Shown here piece after piece: positions 18,839-28,885 of a stretch of 64,000 bases of DNA. The position numbers were made by a program, and so were the translations under genes. Numbering within the stretch: the stretch's first letter is position 1; each line of letters opens with the position of its first letter. The notes beneath the pieces are model-generated. The model had not been told where the DNA came from, searched no databases, and saw only the letters and a program-made list of their open reading frames with translations. This DNA comes from a phage, in sequence record PX930851.1. One strand, written 5' to 3'.

Positions 18839-19124
18839 CTGTGATTTCGGTTACGATATTTTTGTTATTAAAGTTTTTATCGCAATACAGAACATAATTA
18901 TACTGCATTACACCACCAGACTTAAGTTGTTTTTGCACTTCAGCTTTCATTTTAGGACGATCGCGCTCAACAATATTCATAATATCCGCTTCAATTTGAG
19001 TTTCAACTTCAGTCTGATCTGCAGTCATAGACCATTCACACAAGTCTTTATCATATCCTGCCATAGCAGGCTGAGCAGCACAAGAAGCCAAAGTAAAAAT
19101 TGTAGCAAAAATAAATTTTTTCAT
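18831..19124 (-). CDS. periplasmic protein, Spackle-like (61.3 position)
   Basis: 97 aa with signal peptide MKKFIFATIFTLASCAAQPAMA; position and length. Confidence 0.55.
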   Translation of the reverse strand: MKKFIFATIFTLASCAAQPAMAGYDKDLCEWSMTADQTEVETQIEADIMNIVERDRPKMKAEVQKQLKSGGVMQYNYVLYCDKNFNNKNIVTEITGE

Positions 19125-19184
19125 GATAATCTCCTCAGTAGTTTATGTTTATATAGTATCTCAATTTCCAACAAAAGTAAACAG

Positions 19185-19484
19185 CTATTTTAAAACTTCT
19201 GCATAATCACATGTTACAAACTGTTTCTCTAGCTTAACGATCTTACGAAAGTATCTTTTGCATTGACGAATCTGCCGTTTCGTAGGACGTACAGCAAACT
19301 TAATAAATTCCACTCGACCAAATGGAGGGCTTTCTTCTGCCGGAATATCTAACACCAATTCCCACGTATCCGCAATAAGTGCTTTGAATTGAGTATTTTT
19401 CCTGACGTTATACGGAGTAGGTTTAAATAAAACAATATGCATATTATCCTCGGCAATCCACTTCGCACACTTTCTTGTCATCAA
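19185..19484 (-). CDS. hypothetical basic protein (61.4 position)
   Basis: 99 aa. Confidence 0.5.
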   Translation of the reverse strand: MMTRKCAKWIAEDNMHIVLFKPTPYNVRKNTQFKALIADTWELVLDIPAEESPPFGRVEFIKFAVRPTKRQIRQCKRYFRKIVKLEKQFVTCDYAEVLK

Positions 19485-19626
19485 TGAAAGCTTTAACTAA
19501 TGCTTTATTAACTTCAGCATATTGAGTAGTAGCCCATTGAACGTCATCTTTCATCATTGTGATTTCTTTAGTAAACATGCTTTCATTCTTAAACCACCCC
19601 ATAAAAACTACCTTTACCAATTCCAT
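19444..19626 (-). CDS. dmd: Dmd-like antitoxin (61.5 position)
   Basis: 60 aa; position next to gene 41 and early promoter upstream. Confidence 0.55.
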   Translation of the reverse strand: MELVKVVFMGWFKNESMFTKEITMMKDDVQWATTQYAEVNKALVKAFIDDKKVCEVDCRG

Positions 19627-19655
19627 AACAATCTCCTCATTTAACCAACAAGACT

Positions 19656-19685
19656 ACTATACCATAGTCTTGTCAGCTTGTAAAC
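19656..19685 (-). promoter_or_regulatory. T4-type early promoter
   Basis: minus strand gtttac-N18-tatagt preceded by tgg. Confidence 0.55.
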
Positions 19686-21112
19686 TAAAATTTTAATTCA
19701 TTTGCCAAAGCATCTAACTGAGCTCGAGTGGATTCATTTCTTTGATAGCGATTCTGCTCAGCCTGAATCTGTTGTGAACCTGCTACTTCACTCACTTCAG
19801 TTGGAGTAGAATCTTGTTCAATTTCTACCCATTTTTGATTTCCTTTTTGAACACCCATCAAAAACTTATTCCACTTATTCTTATCACCATATCGTGATTT
19901 GATTTGCTTAATAAGTTGTTGTTCAGCAGCTGCTAGCTCCTCGGTTTCAATGACCGCAAGCATAAAATCAGCTGTTGCTGGAAGACCAGCAGATTCTGCA
20001 ATATCGCTCATGTTAACATCGGAAGAGTCCCAAGCTTGTTTACCGACCTGTGCTGCAGTCCAAAGAACAGTTTCGGTTTCAACAGCCAGAGCACGCAATT
20101 CCTCTGCGATAGCTTTAACAGTTGTGTAACTATTTTCTGAATAAACTCTAATGCGGCAAGATTTACAAATACCTAGATAGTCGACAATAATGATTGTTGG
20201 AACAAAATTCTTTTTGAGCTTTAATTCATTTAAAAGCGATCGAAATGTATTAGCGTCTGCCCCACCATTAGGATACTGTTTAACGATTAAACGACCGAGA
20301 GTAGATTTCTCACGCCATTTTTCCATTTTTCCTTTATACTCAGCGTAAGAAATATGCCCATCATCAATATCGTCAAGAGAAACATCGAGCATGTTAGCAT
20401 CAATACGTTTAGCACAGACTTCTTCTGCCATTTCCATGGAGATATAAAGAACGTTATGACCAAGCTGCAAATAATCTGCTGCTAATGAACAAAGTCCTAA
20501 TGACTTACCAACGTTAACGCCAGCCATTAAAACGTTCAGTGTTCCTGTTTCAGCTCCGCCTTTAGTAATTTTGTTTAGAATTCTGAGTTTAAATGGAACT
20601 TTACGAGCTTTATTCATATAAGATAGCCAGCGTGCTTCGTAGTCATCCATCCAATCATGACCAACGTAGCTATCAAATGAAATTGATAATGCTTGACGCA
20701 TGATGTCAGGAATAGCACCAACATCCGGCATTTTCTTATTTCGTTTTTCCGGAGGAAGCTCAGCATTAGTTTGAATTTCGATTATTTTAGACGTAGCATT
20801 AAACATCGCCCTTTGCTGAACATATTTTTCTGTTTCTTTTACTAACCAACTGTGGTCTTCTGGAGAATCGGCTAGTTTTGAAATAAGTGTTTTTACACCA
20901 GAATATTCTGTTTCAGTAAATGAACTATTTTCTAATGCAACATTTAACGCATTAATAGATGGAACGCTATGGTACTCATTAACGTGAGATTTAATTAATT
21001 TGAATGTATTTTTAGCTGGACCACTTTCAAAATATTCTGAATCCATATATGGCCAAACTTTTGAAAAATAAGCTTGATCAAATATGAGATGAGAAAGAAT
21101 AATTTCTACCAC
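19685..21112 (-). CDS. 41: replicative DNA helicase gp41 (DnaB-like)
   Basis: 475 aa; Walker A GVNVGKSLGL. Confidence 0.9.
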   Translation of the reverse strand: MVEIILSHLIFDQAYFSKVWPYMDSEYFESGPAKNTFKLIKSHVNEYHSVPSINALNVALENSSFTETEYSGVKTLISKLADSPEDHSWLVKETEKYVQQRAMFNATSKIIEIQTNAELPPEKRNKKMPDVGAIPDIMRQALSISFDSYVGHDWMDDYEARWLSYMNKARKVPFKLRILNKITKGGAETGTLNVLMAGVNVGKSLGLCSLAADYLQLGHNVLYISMEMAEEVCAKRIDANMLDVSLDDIDDGHISYAEYKGKMEKWREKSTLGRLIVKQYPNGGADANTFRSLLNELKLKKNFVPTIIIVDYLGICKSCRIRVYSENSYTTVKAIAEELRALAVETETVLWTAAQVGKQAWDSSDVNMSDIAESAGLPATADFMLAVIETEELAAAEQQLIKQIKSRYGDKNKWNKFLMGVQKGNQKWVEIEQDSTPTEVSEVAGSQQIQAEQNRYQRNESTRAQLDALANELKF

Positions 21113-21121
21113 ACTTACTCC

Positions 21122-21484
21122 TTAAAAGAATTTAAACTTTTTCTTTGACCTTTTATTAAATGCATCTTGTAGTTGCATTGTAATACATTTTTCTACATGA
21201 GGAGCTAACTCAGCTTTTCTTTCTTGGTCAAGAACAGCAAAGTCCATTACGACTTTTCCATCAACCCAATCTAATTTTGTCACATACACAATGTGTGTAG
21301 AACCATCTTCTAGTTTAATGACAATCTCCTGGATAACATTTTCCATGGCAGATTTAATTATCTTAAGAGATTCATTAAAAAGACGTTCTTTTCTTTCTTC
21401 TTCCCCCTCCGAAGAGGGGGATTCATCGATAATTTCTAGATCTAAATCTAAATCATCTTTATTCATTAAATTCTTCCATATCAC
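21122..21484 (-). CDS. 40: gp40 (head vertex assembly protein), start uncertain
   Basis: 120 aa acidic ORF between uvsX and 41; 5' end overlaps uvsX. Confidence 0.55.
   Translation of the reverse strand: MIWKNLMNKDDLDLDLEIIDESPSSEGEEERKERLFNESLKIIKSAMENVIQEIVIKLEDGSTHIVYVTKLDWVDGKVVMDFAVLDQERKAELAPHVEKCITMQLQDAFNKRSKKKFKFF
21403..21420 (-). other. UUCG-type hairpin inside gene 40 coding sequence
   Basis: ccccctccgaagaggggg, 7-bp GC stem. Confidence 0.4.
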
Positions 21485-22640
21485 TTAACTGCTCGAGGTC
21501 AGTTTCTAAATCAGCAGCTGATTTACTTTTACTTTCTGGAGATTTAAATTTTTCAACCTTTGAGTTAATTAATTCATCAACTTCAGCTTCAACAATTTCA
21601 TTACTATCAATAGCACCTAACTGATAAGCGCGTTTAATAGCATCTCGGAATGGTTGATGCTTAAATAAAGGACCCCAGAATGTAGTGCAGTTGGTATCTT
21701 TTGCACGCCAAGATTTTTCTTCGCGAATCATCTCACCGGTTTCTTCATCAAGAAATTCACGAGCATACCAACCATTCTTAGGTTTTACTACAAATCCTAA
21801 TTCTAGAGCCATATCTAACAATCCAGAATAAGGATCGATACCACCGTCAAATTTAACATCAATAAAGAATTTACTTTTTTCTTTAACGGTACGAGATTTT
21901 TCTACATTTAGAACAAATTGATACCCCTGAAGATCAGAACCATCTTTAATCTGACGCTTACCGATAATGAATACGGTATCAGCCGAATACATTACGCCTG
22001 TACCACCTGTCATCACGGTTTTACTAAACATTTCAATTGTTTCAATTGTATGGTTAACCGCAACGCATGGAATATTTTTAATGCTAAAATAAGGAGTAAC
22101 AATACGAAATAATGACTTCAGTGATTTAGCACGAGTCATATCTGCCACAGATTTTTCATTCAAGGCGTCTTCCGTTTCTTTCTTAGAAGCCATATTACCG
22201 ATTGAGTCGATGAATACAATAACCTTTTCACCACGCTCAATAGCTTCAAGCTGATTCACCATATCAATTTTCAGCTGTTCAACTGACTGAATCGGCGTAT
22301 GAATTACTCGTTCCGGGTCAACTCCCATGGATCGCAAATAAGCTGGAGTAATACCAAATTCGCTATCATAGAATAGACAAACCGCGTCAGGATATTTGTT
22401 CAAATATGCCGCAACCATAGTCAAAGACATATTTGATTTAAAGTGTTTAGAAGGCCCTGCGAAAATAGTTAAACCAGACTGCATGCCGCCATCAATCGCA
22501 CCAGAAATAGCAATATTAAGCATTGGAATTTTTGTACGAATTACATCCTTTTCATTAAAGAATTTAGATGTAGTCAGTTCAGCAGTCATTTTAGAAGTGG
22601 AAGCTTTAATCAAACGGGATTTTAAATCTGCAATAGACAT
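21459..22640 (-). CDS. uvsX: UvsX recombinase (RecA-like)
   Basis: 393 aa; Walker A GPSKHFKSN. Confidence 0.9.
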   Translation of the reverse strand: MSIADLKSRLIKASTSKMTAELTTSKFFNEKDVIRTKIPMLNIAISGAIDGGMQSGLTIFAGPSKHFKSNMSLTMVAAYLNKYPDAVCLFYDSEFGITPAYLRSMGVDPERVIHTPIQSVEQLKIDMVNQLEAIERGEKVIVFIDSIGNMASKKETEDALNEKSVADMTRAKSLKSLFRIVTPYFSIKNIPCVAVNHTIETIEMFSKTVMTGGTGVMYSADTVFIIGKRQIKDGSDLQGYQFVLNVEKSRTVKEKSKFFIDVKFDGGIDPYSGLLDMALELGFVVKPKNGWYAREFLDEETGEMIREEKSWRAKDTNCTTFWGPLFKHQPFRDAIKRAYQLGAIDSNEIVEAEVDELINSKVEKFKSPESKSKSAADLETDLEQLSDMEEFNE

Positions 22641-22693
22641 TCATTTTTTCCATAGGCATCATTATATTTTCCTCACTGGTTAAAGATAGAGTA

Positions 22694-22719
22694 ATTATAA
22701 CACAATAAATTTAGGCATT
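22694..22719 (-). promoter_or_regulatory. possible middle promoter for uvsX
   Basis: minus strand TGCCTAA (MotA-box-like), 11 nt, TGTTATAAT. Confidence 0.3.
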
Positions 22720-23566
22720 AATCAACTGCTATTGGATGAATAGCATTAAACTTATGAAATGCTTCTGATTTTTCTTTACGCGAAACGCACATGCGAAGAA
22801 CCTTTAATGGCTCGTCTTCTTCACCCAACGATTTTCGTTTTTCAATATTCGACGTTTTCCAACGAGCTTGCTCTGGAAACTCTCTATTGATTTGCTCAAG
22901 CGCTCTATTATGTTTAGAATTACTACGAATTGAACTACACCCACCAGGAGCTTGCGCTTTTCCAGATACAACCAGATATTTGAACAAGGCCAAATGCGGA
23001 TAACCTTGATTAATTAAATTGAGAAATGCATACATATCTTCACATAAATCAATTTTTCCATACCCAATTTGTTCTGTCGTAAGTTTTCCGAGGTCATACC
23101 ATGTATTCGTGAATCCATATGAATTTTCACGGTAATTACCCCAAGATGAAGTAATTTTAAAAATTGGTAAACGAGCATGACCATGATAATACCCGCAATC
23201 CATGGCATCTTCAACGTATTGAATCAATTCATAGAACTGTTCACGGGTTAATTGATTGACTTTATCTACACAACGACGGTCATCTCTTTTTCGCATTGAA
23301 CTCATACGAATAGTAGTATCATCGTCAATCATCCAGATTCGTTGACCTGCATACATATCAGTAATTGCTTTACGAGTACCGGCAATTCCGTTTACATCAT
23401 CAGGAATAGTTATAATTTTAGCTCTAGACCCATAGGCATCATAATAAGCTTTTTCTTCATGTTCACGTACTACGATATGAGGTTCATAATCAGTCGGAAA
23501 CATATCAAGGGCAGAAACTGCCCCTACACGTTGATAGCTCGGAATTACGAATTGAATCATTTCCAC
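22718..23566 (-). CDS. glycosyltransferase with DxD motif at the beta-gt locus (possibly T2/T6-type beta-alpha-glucosyltransferase)
   Basis: 282 aa; WMIDDDTTI; between uvsX and 42; shorter than T4 beta-gt. Confidence 0.45.
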   Translation of the reverse strand: MEMIQFVIPSYQRVGAVSALDMFPTDYEPHIVVREHEEKAYYDAYGSRAKIITIPDDVNGIAGTRKAITDMYAGQRIWMIDDDTTIRMSSMRKRDDRRCVDKVNQLTREQFYELIQYVEDAMDCGYYHGHARLPIFKITSSWGNYRENSYGFTNTWYDLGKLTTEQIGYGKIDLCEDMYAFLNLINQGYPHLALFKYLVVSGKAQAPGGCSSIRSNSKHNRALEQINREFPEQARWKTSNIEKRKSLGEEDEPLKVLRMCVSRKEKSEAFHKFNAIHPIAVD

Positions 23567-24297
23567 TCACCGTTATAATCTTTTTTCATAATATGAGTTT
23601 CGCCAGTATTCCACCAATGATCAACCAAGTAAAAATGACGAGAATATACATGAAGACTTCCAACATTCCATATAATAGAACCTGCTTTATACTGACGAGT
23701 TGAATCGCCTGCATTCAAATCAGATACTAATTTATCTAATACGTATTTTTGCCATGCATAATCATTACGGAATCCGAAGACCACGTCATTTGAGCGCATG
23801 CTTACTACTGCATTGACTTTCTTATCACGAATCAGGTACTGTACTGTATTAGTACACATGAAATCTGACATACCGTCTTTATTATAGTCAAACTGCATAG
23901 ATGGACGAGTATAAATCATGATACCACGTCGAGAATCAGGATTTTGACCAAGTTCAGCTAAACACATGTCATACTGGGCATAGTTATCTTCTGACCAGAT
24001 AGCCCAACCATAATTCGAGTTAATTTCACCTTTAGAAGATGCTACTTGTTGCCAAATCTTTGGTGTTTCGCCTGGAATATCTTTAACAAACAAGCTCTTA
24101 GATTTATACCATTCAAGTTCACGCTGAATGTATTCATCATTGAGAGCGCCAAAAATAAACGGTTCATCTGCTACAAATGATGCGCCAATAATTTCAATAG
24201 TTTTAACACCGGTTTTATCAACTACGAAATCTTTTTCTTTTAATGCAAGCCCCAAATGAAGACGGATTTCTTCAACTGTCATAGAGTCACTAATCAT
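23557..24297 (-). CDS. 42: dCMP hydroxymethylase gp42
   Basis: 246 aa; position upstream of imm. Confidence 0.9.
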   Translation of the reverse strand: MISDSMTVEEIRLHLGLALKEKDFVVDKTGVKTIEIIGASFVADEPFIFGALNDEYIQRELEWYKSKSLFVKDIPGETPKIWQQVASSKGEINSNYGWAIWSEDNYAQYDMCLAELGQNPDSRRGIMIYTRPSMQFDYNKDGMSDFMCTNTVQYLIRDKKVNAVVSMRSNDVVFGFRNDYAWQKYVLDKLVSDLNAGDSTRQYKAGSIIWNVGSLHVYSRHFYLVDHWWNTGETHIMKKDYNGEWK

Positions 24298-24304
24298 TTA
24301 AACC

Positions 24305-24454
24305 TCAATTGATACATTCATATTTAACTTGTAACAGTAATAAGCTCCAACCTAAAATAATAGTTGGAATCATAAGAGGAACCGTTACACTATAGTATAT
24401 ACTTATTATAATCATCAAGATTAAAAGCAACACTGCTATAATTTTGCTTTTCAT
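24305..24454 (-). CDS. small hydrophobic ORF, not in track
   Basis: 49 aa MKSKIIAVLLLILMIIISIYY...; ATGA overlap with imm stop. Confidence 0.3.
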   Translation of the reverse strand: MKSKIIAVLLLILMIIISIYYSVTVPLMIPTIILGWSLLLLQVKYECIN

Positions 24455-24702
24455 TCCTTCTCTCTGATGATAATTACCTGATTTGGCTGTGCAGACTTTT
24501 TAGTTTCACCCGCAATTGACCAAATAAATGTAATAAACCAACCAATAATTGACCAGTTAAACAGTAAAGACGTGAAAAAGATTCCTACTGTCGATTTTGA
24601 CCCACGCATCAAGGCGATGAACCATGGAAGCATGTATATAATAATAGCCAACACACCTGAAACTAAAACCATAAAAATTGAACCTGCTACTAAAGTTTCC
24701 AT
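24451..24702 (-). CDS. imm: Imm superinfection immunity membrane protein
   Basis: 83 aa, two hydrophobic segments; position between 42 and 43. Confidence 0.75.
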   Translation of the reverse strand: METLVAGSIFMVLVSGVLAIIIYMLPWFIALMRGSKSTVGIFFTSLLFNWSIIGWFITFIWSIAGETKKSAQPNQVIIIREKE

Positions 24703-24709
24703 GTTTTCC

Positions 24710-25090
24710 TCACTTAGTTAAATTTTTTACGCATGAATTATAAGAATTCACTACATACTCCATCGGAGCATTTTTACCGGTACGCCATTGGTAATTATTA
24801 GCCCAATTTGCCCAAAGCTCGGCGCAGTAATTTTCAATTTTTTCTTCGCGTGTAATTACATCTGAATTACGATATGCTTGAGCAGATTCATCTGGACGAA
24901 TAGCTTCGTCAAAATTCGCCTGCATTTGTTCTACTGTTTGCTTTGGAGCTTCTTTATAACACTTGACATTAGGATTATAAAATTTGCTTGAACAGTTTAC
25001 AATTTTTCCTGCATCAGACTGATTTACTACCGGTCCTTGAGCTACACAACCAGTAAGACCTAATGCAATAACCAAAATAGCGATTTTCAT
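24710..25090 (-). CDS. lipoprotein (imm.1 position)
   Basis: 126 aa; signal peptide with lipobox LTGC. Confidence 0.5.
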   Translation of the reverse strand: MKIAILVIALGLTGCVAQGPVVNQSDAGKIVNCSSKFYNPNVKCYKEAPKQTVEQMQANFDEAIRPDESAQAYRNSDVITREEKIENYCAELWANWANNYQWRTGKNAPMEYVVNSYNSCVKNLTK

Positions 25091-25100
25091 AATAATTTCC

Positions 25101-25349
25101 TCAAATGCAAGTAGTAATTACTCCAGTAGTGCTTATGCAGGTATTACCCATTTGCACACCTAAAGATCCATTTGTATTCACATGAAGATTATCATCAATT
25201 TTAACTGATATTTTACCATTAGTGTGAATAACGGTGCTAGATTCAATCACAGGTTGAGTATCATTTTCAACACTAACAAATGGAACTGCTGCTAATGCAA
25301 CTAAACAAACTGCTAAGCATCCCATAACAATTTTCATTTTATTCTCCAA
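25101..25349 (-). CDS. small secreted protein
   Basis: 82 aa with N-terminal signal-like segment. Confidence 0.45.
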   Translation of the reverse strand: MENKMKIVMGCLAVCLVALAAVPFVSVENDTQPVIESSTVIHTNGKISVKIDDNLHVNTNGSLGVQMGNTCISTTGVITTCI

Positions 25350-25371
25350 ATCCGTATTAGTTGATAGTTGT

Positions 25372-25401
25372 ATAGTACCATGGAAGAACAGTCTTGTAAA
25401 C
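25372..25401 (-). promoter_or_regulatory. T4-type early promoter
   Basis: minus strand gtttac-N18-tactat with A/T-rich upstream tract. Confidence 0.5.
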
Positions 25402-25487
25402 AGTTTTGTGAAAATTTTTTAGGGAATTCTAAAGGTCCAGAACCATCTGTTTTTCATAAGTATAGATTTATATTACTTGTATGAAAA

Positions 25488-25505
25488 AGGGACCCGGAGG
25501 TCCCT
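25488..25505 (-). terminator. intrinsic terminator after gene 43
   Basis: agggacccggaggtccct hairpin followed on minus RNA by UUUUU. Confidence 0.6.
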
Positions 25506-25517
25506 AGATTTATTCTA

Positions 25518-28214
25518 TCAGCCAAACAGGAAGTCTAACGAAGCTTTTTCTTCATAGTCCATACCAGCCGATTCACACATACCCGCAAGCGGTTTAACAA
25601 ACGATTTTTGGAACAAAGTTGAGTAGTCAATCCAAGACAGTACGTCAGAACGAATTTCTTTTGGAAGTTCTGTTCCCGACGGCCAAGCAATGCACTTGTC
25701 ACCAAATGGATTTCCTTCACGCAATGGAAGGACCATTACTTTATTTCCATCCAAAATTGGAGCTACACCCAGACCACTAACAGCTCGACGATAAGTTAGC
25801 ACACCACGAATATGGAACGGACATTTAAATCCTGGCCAACCTTTATCATCATATTTCGCTATATCGTTCGCAGTTTTTACTTCAGCAATAACTTTATAGT
25901 CAAGTTGACGATATTCTTTCTCGAAGTTCTTGTAATATTCTTGGACAGACTCTTCACCTTCCTGAAGAATACGACGAATACTTTCTTCGAGAGCTTCTTG
26001 GACCGCTTTAGGCGTTGAACTCTGCTGAGTTTCCATACCCATGATTTTTAGATGTGGTTCAGCAAATCGCTTATCTTCCATATCATAAACGTTCAGAGCA
26101 TAACGCTTTTTCGCTTTCCAAAATCCACCAACGCCCTTTGAACCAAGTGGAGGGCAAGAAATAGCTTCACGGTCCATATGCATCAGATGCTCGCGGTTAT
26201 TCATATAATCACATAACTCACGATATGCAACATCAATCATAGGTTCCATCTTTTTCTTACCGAACTGATTCATGAATTCAACTAAATCGTTCTGCTCTTT
26301 GAATCGGTCAAGACCAACTTTTTCAATAACTTTATCTACACAAACATATACCGAATCAGTATCACCTGCTGCGATGAAATCTTCACCATTAGTTCCGCAC
26401 ACTTTATTCAGATACTCATTAATTTTACGAGCAATCCACTGAATACCAACTTGACCAAAAATTGTGATAGCAGTAGCATTTCGCAAATCATAGTAACGGA
26501 AATGAATATTACCAAGAGCACCGTAAAGGCTGTTAATAAGAATTTTACGGTTCAGCTGATTTGTATTAGCAAGTGTAGCCGCTTTTTCACATTCCTCAAT
26601 CAGACTATTGAGAACAGATTCAGTATAATTCGATAGTTCATTTAAGAAATCATCACTGAACTTAACATATCGTTCAACTTCAGGTTTAGTTGAACAAGAC
26701 CCTGCGCCTTTCATAATAATCTTTTTAATAGCTTCGGCATTCATTTCTTCAGCGAACATTTTCTTTTTCCAATCTTTACGCTGGAAAAATACTTTAGCGA
26801 TTTCCTTTGGAATGATACCTTCTTGATGCTTATCATACATCCATCCATTCGGAGAACAAGAATATTCATCACTCGGTTTAGGAGCTGTTCCTGCGATATA
26901 TTCATGAATTGGATGAACTTTAAACTGACCACGAATAGTCTCAGGACTAATGTTAACCTGACGAATAATGCTAGGATACAGAGACGTCAAGTCAAAACTC
27001 ATAATATATCGACGAGCAATTGGTTTAGGTTCAAATACAAATGCACCTGGAAAACTTTGTTTAACGTGCGAACCTTGTTGAGGAATAACCTTATGTTCAC
27101 CTTTCAATGAGTTAAAAATAATAGCATCCCAGGTTTTAATAGGACTCATTACACCAGAAAAAGGCATTTTAGCGTAATAAGACATACTTAAAACTAGATC
27201 GATAAACCCGCGAATTTTATCAATTGCTTGAACTGATTCTACGTCAATGATGTTATAACTAATATATCGTTGATGATTAGTCTCACGAAGTTTATTAATA
27301 GGACCGTCGTATGGTAATTTGCCCTTTTTAGTTTCATGCTGAGCAACTGATTCCAAAGAGAATGACGGCAAATTAGTAAATGCGAATTTCTTATACAAAT
27401 CTAAATAATCAAGAATAGATACGCCATCAATAGAATAAATTTCTTTGCTACCGTACATATTTTGAATTAGTTTAGATTTTACTCGACCGATTGGAGAGAA
27501 ACGTTTCATACTGCGTTCACCGAGAACCATTTTAACGCGATTCATGATATACGGAACGTCAAATCCCTCAATATTCCAACCAGTAAAAATAGCAGGTCGT
27601 TTCTGTTCCCAAAGATTGATATATTCCATGAGCATATCGCGCTCATTATCGAATGGCATATAAATTACTCGGTCAAGAATTTCTTGAGGAACTTCATCAC
27701 CACCTTCACAGTCAAGCTTAGCAGCTAACTTTGCATCCCATTTTGATACTGAACCGTACATTGAATTCAAAAGGTCGAAAACATAAAAACGATCATCAAT
27801 TGAATCGTAATGAGTGATAGCATCAATTTCATATTCAGCTTTCATTGGGTCAGGAAATTTATCACCAGTAACCTCAATGTCACAGTTAGCTACACGAACA
27901 AATTTTCGGTCATAAACAATTTCTGAACCATATGTATCACTGATATAAGCGAGTTTAAAATCGTTCATACCGAGAGCTTCGAGACCGATGTCTTCCATTC
28001 GTTTCATCCAATCTCGAGCATCTTTCATTGATGGAAATTTTTGAGGAGCGCAGTTTTTACCATAAATGTCTTTGTACTTTGACTCTTCCTTACAATGTCT
28101 AAACATAGTTGGAAGATATTCTACTTCACGAGTACGTTCCTTTCCGTTTTCATCAATATAACGTTCAACAATGTTATTTCCGACTGTTTCAATAGAGATA
28201 TAAAATTCTTTCAT
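25518..28214 (-). CDS. 43: DNA polymerase gp43 (family B)
   Basis: 898 aa; exo motif ANCDIEV, polymerase motif AAGDTDSVYV. Confidence 0.95.
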   Translation of the reverse strand: MKEFYISIETVGNNIVERYIDENGKERTREVEYLPTMFRHCKEESKYKDIYGKNCAPQKFPSMKDARDWMKRMEDIGLEALGMNDFKLAYISDTYGSEIVYDRKFVRVANCDIEVTGDKFPDPMKAEYEIDAITHYDSIDDRFYVFDLLNSMYGSVSKWDAKLAAKLDCEGGDEVPQEILDRVIYMPFDNERDMLMEYINLWEQKRPAIFTGWNIEGFDVPYIMNRVKMVLGERSMKRFSPIGRVKSKLIQNMYGSKEIYSIDGVSILDYLDLYKKFAFTNLPSFSLESVAQHETKKGKLPYDGPINKLRETNHQRYISYNIIDVESVQAIDKIRGFIDLVLSMSYYAKMPFSGVMSPIKTWDAIIFNSLKGEHKVIPQQGSHVKQSFPGAFVFEPKPIARRYIMSFDLTSLYPSIIRQVNISPETIRGQFKVHPIHEYIAGTAPKPSDEYSCSPNGWMYDKHQEGIIPKEIAKVFFQRKDWKKKMFAEEMNAEAIKKIIMKGAGSCSTKPEVERYVKFSDDFLNELSNYTESVLNSLIEECEKAATLANTNQLNRKILINSLYGALGNIHFRYYDLRNATAITIFGQVGIQWIARKINEYLNKVCGTNGEDFIAAGDTDSVYVCVDKVIEKVGLDRFKEQNDLVEFMNQFGKKKMEPMIDVAYRELCDYMNNREHLMHMDREAISCPPLGSKGVGGFWKAKKRYALNVYDMEDKRFAEPHLKIMGMETQQSSTPKAVQEALEESIRRILQEGEESVQEYYKNFEKEYRQLDYKVIAEVKTANDIAKYDDKGWPGFKCPFHIRGVLTYRRAVSGLGVAPILDGNKVMVLPLREGNPFGDKCIAWPSGTELPKEIRSDVLSWIDYSTLFQKSFVKPLAGMCESAGMDYEEKASLDFLFG

Positions 28215-28232
28215 AGATATTCCTTAGTTTAT

Positions 28233-28250
28233 AGCCCGAGTTATTAGGCT
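28233..28250 (-). promoter_or_regulatory. gene 43 translational operator hairpin
   Basis: minus RNA GAGCCUAAUAACUCGGGCU (5-bp stem, 8-nt loop) just 5' of SD AAGGAA and ATG. Confidence 0.6.
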
Positions 28251-28272
28251 CTTGATATATTATACTCCAAAT

Positions 28273-28290
28273 AAGGGGCCGAAGCCCCTT
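28273..28290 (-). terminator. UUCG-tetraloop hairpin
   Basis: aaggggccgaagcccctt. Confidence 0.5.
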
Positions 28291-28292
28291 GC

Positions 28293-28514
28293 TTAAATTA
28301 GTACTATTTGCCGGGTGAAAATTGTCAATCCATCTGCATTAATTGACTTAACGACTGCAGTAAAATGTTTTTGTTCTGGGTGAACTAATTTTTGAAATTC
28401 TACCTGAAATTTTAATTGGAGGTTTTCTGGTAAATCAAAAAGTGTTTCTGTTGCAGAAAGATTATATTTTTCTTTAAGAGACGCCATGTATTCTTGCGGA
28501 GTTATAGCAGTCAT
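28293..28514 (-). CDS. hypothetical small protein
   Basis: 73 aa from ATG at 28514, just after regA stop. Confidence 0.4.
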   Translation of the reverse strand: MTAITPQEYMASLKEKYNLSATETLFDLPENLQLKFQVEFQKLVHPEQKHFTAVVKSINADGLTIFTRQIVLI

Positions 28515-28515
28515 A

Positions 28516-28884
28516 TTAATTACCAATCGTATATTTAGGAACGAGTTTCCATTCATGTTTTTGTTTAAAAGAAATAACTCGGAAGTTATTAGTTAAATCT
28601 TTCATAAAAGTTCTTTGACCAGGAACGATTTCAATCAGTCCCCAATCTTCTAACAGCCATGCAATCGAATCACGACGAACTTCATCTTCTTCTGTCATTT
28701 CAACTTGACGGCCATCCATACGAAGCATTTCTTTAAAATGAACGATATAGTATAGTCCTTTTTTCTGAAGAATATGACAGGACTGATACAGAACTTTATC
28801 TTTATTATTAGCAATTCCCATACGAGTCAAAGTTTCTTTTACTTTCAGAAAATCTTCAGGTTTTTTAAGAGTAATTTCAATCAT
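28516..28884 (-). CDS. regA: RegA translational repressor
   Basis: 122 aa MIEITLKKPEDFLKVKETLTRMGIANN...; position between 43 and 62. Confidence 0.85.
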   Translation of the reverse strand: MIEITLKKPEDFLKVKETLTRMGIANNKDKVLYQSCHILQKKGLYYIVHFKEMLRMDGRQVEMTEEDEVRRDSIAWLLEDWGLIEIVPGQRTFMKDLTNNFRVISFKQKHEWKLVPKYTIGN

Positions 28885-28885
28885 T

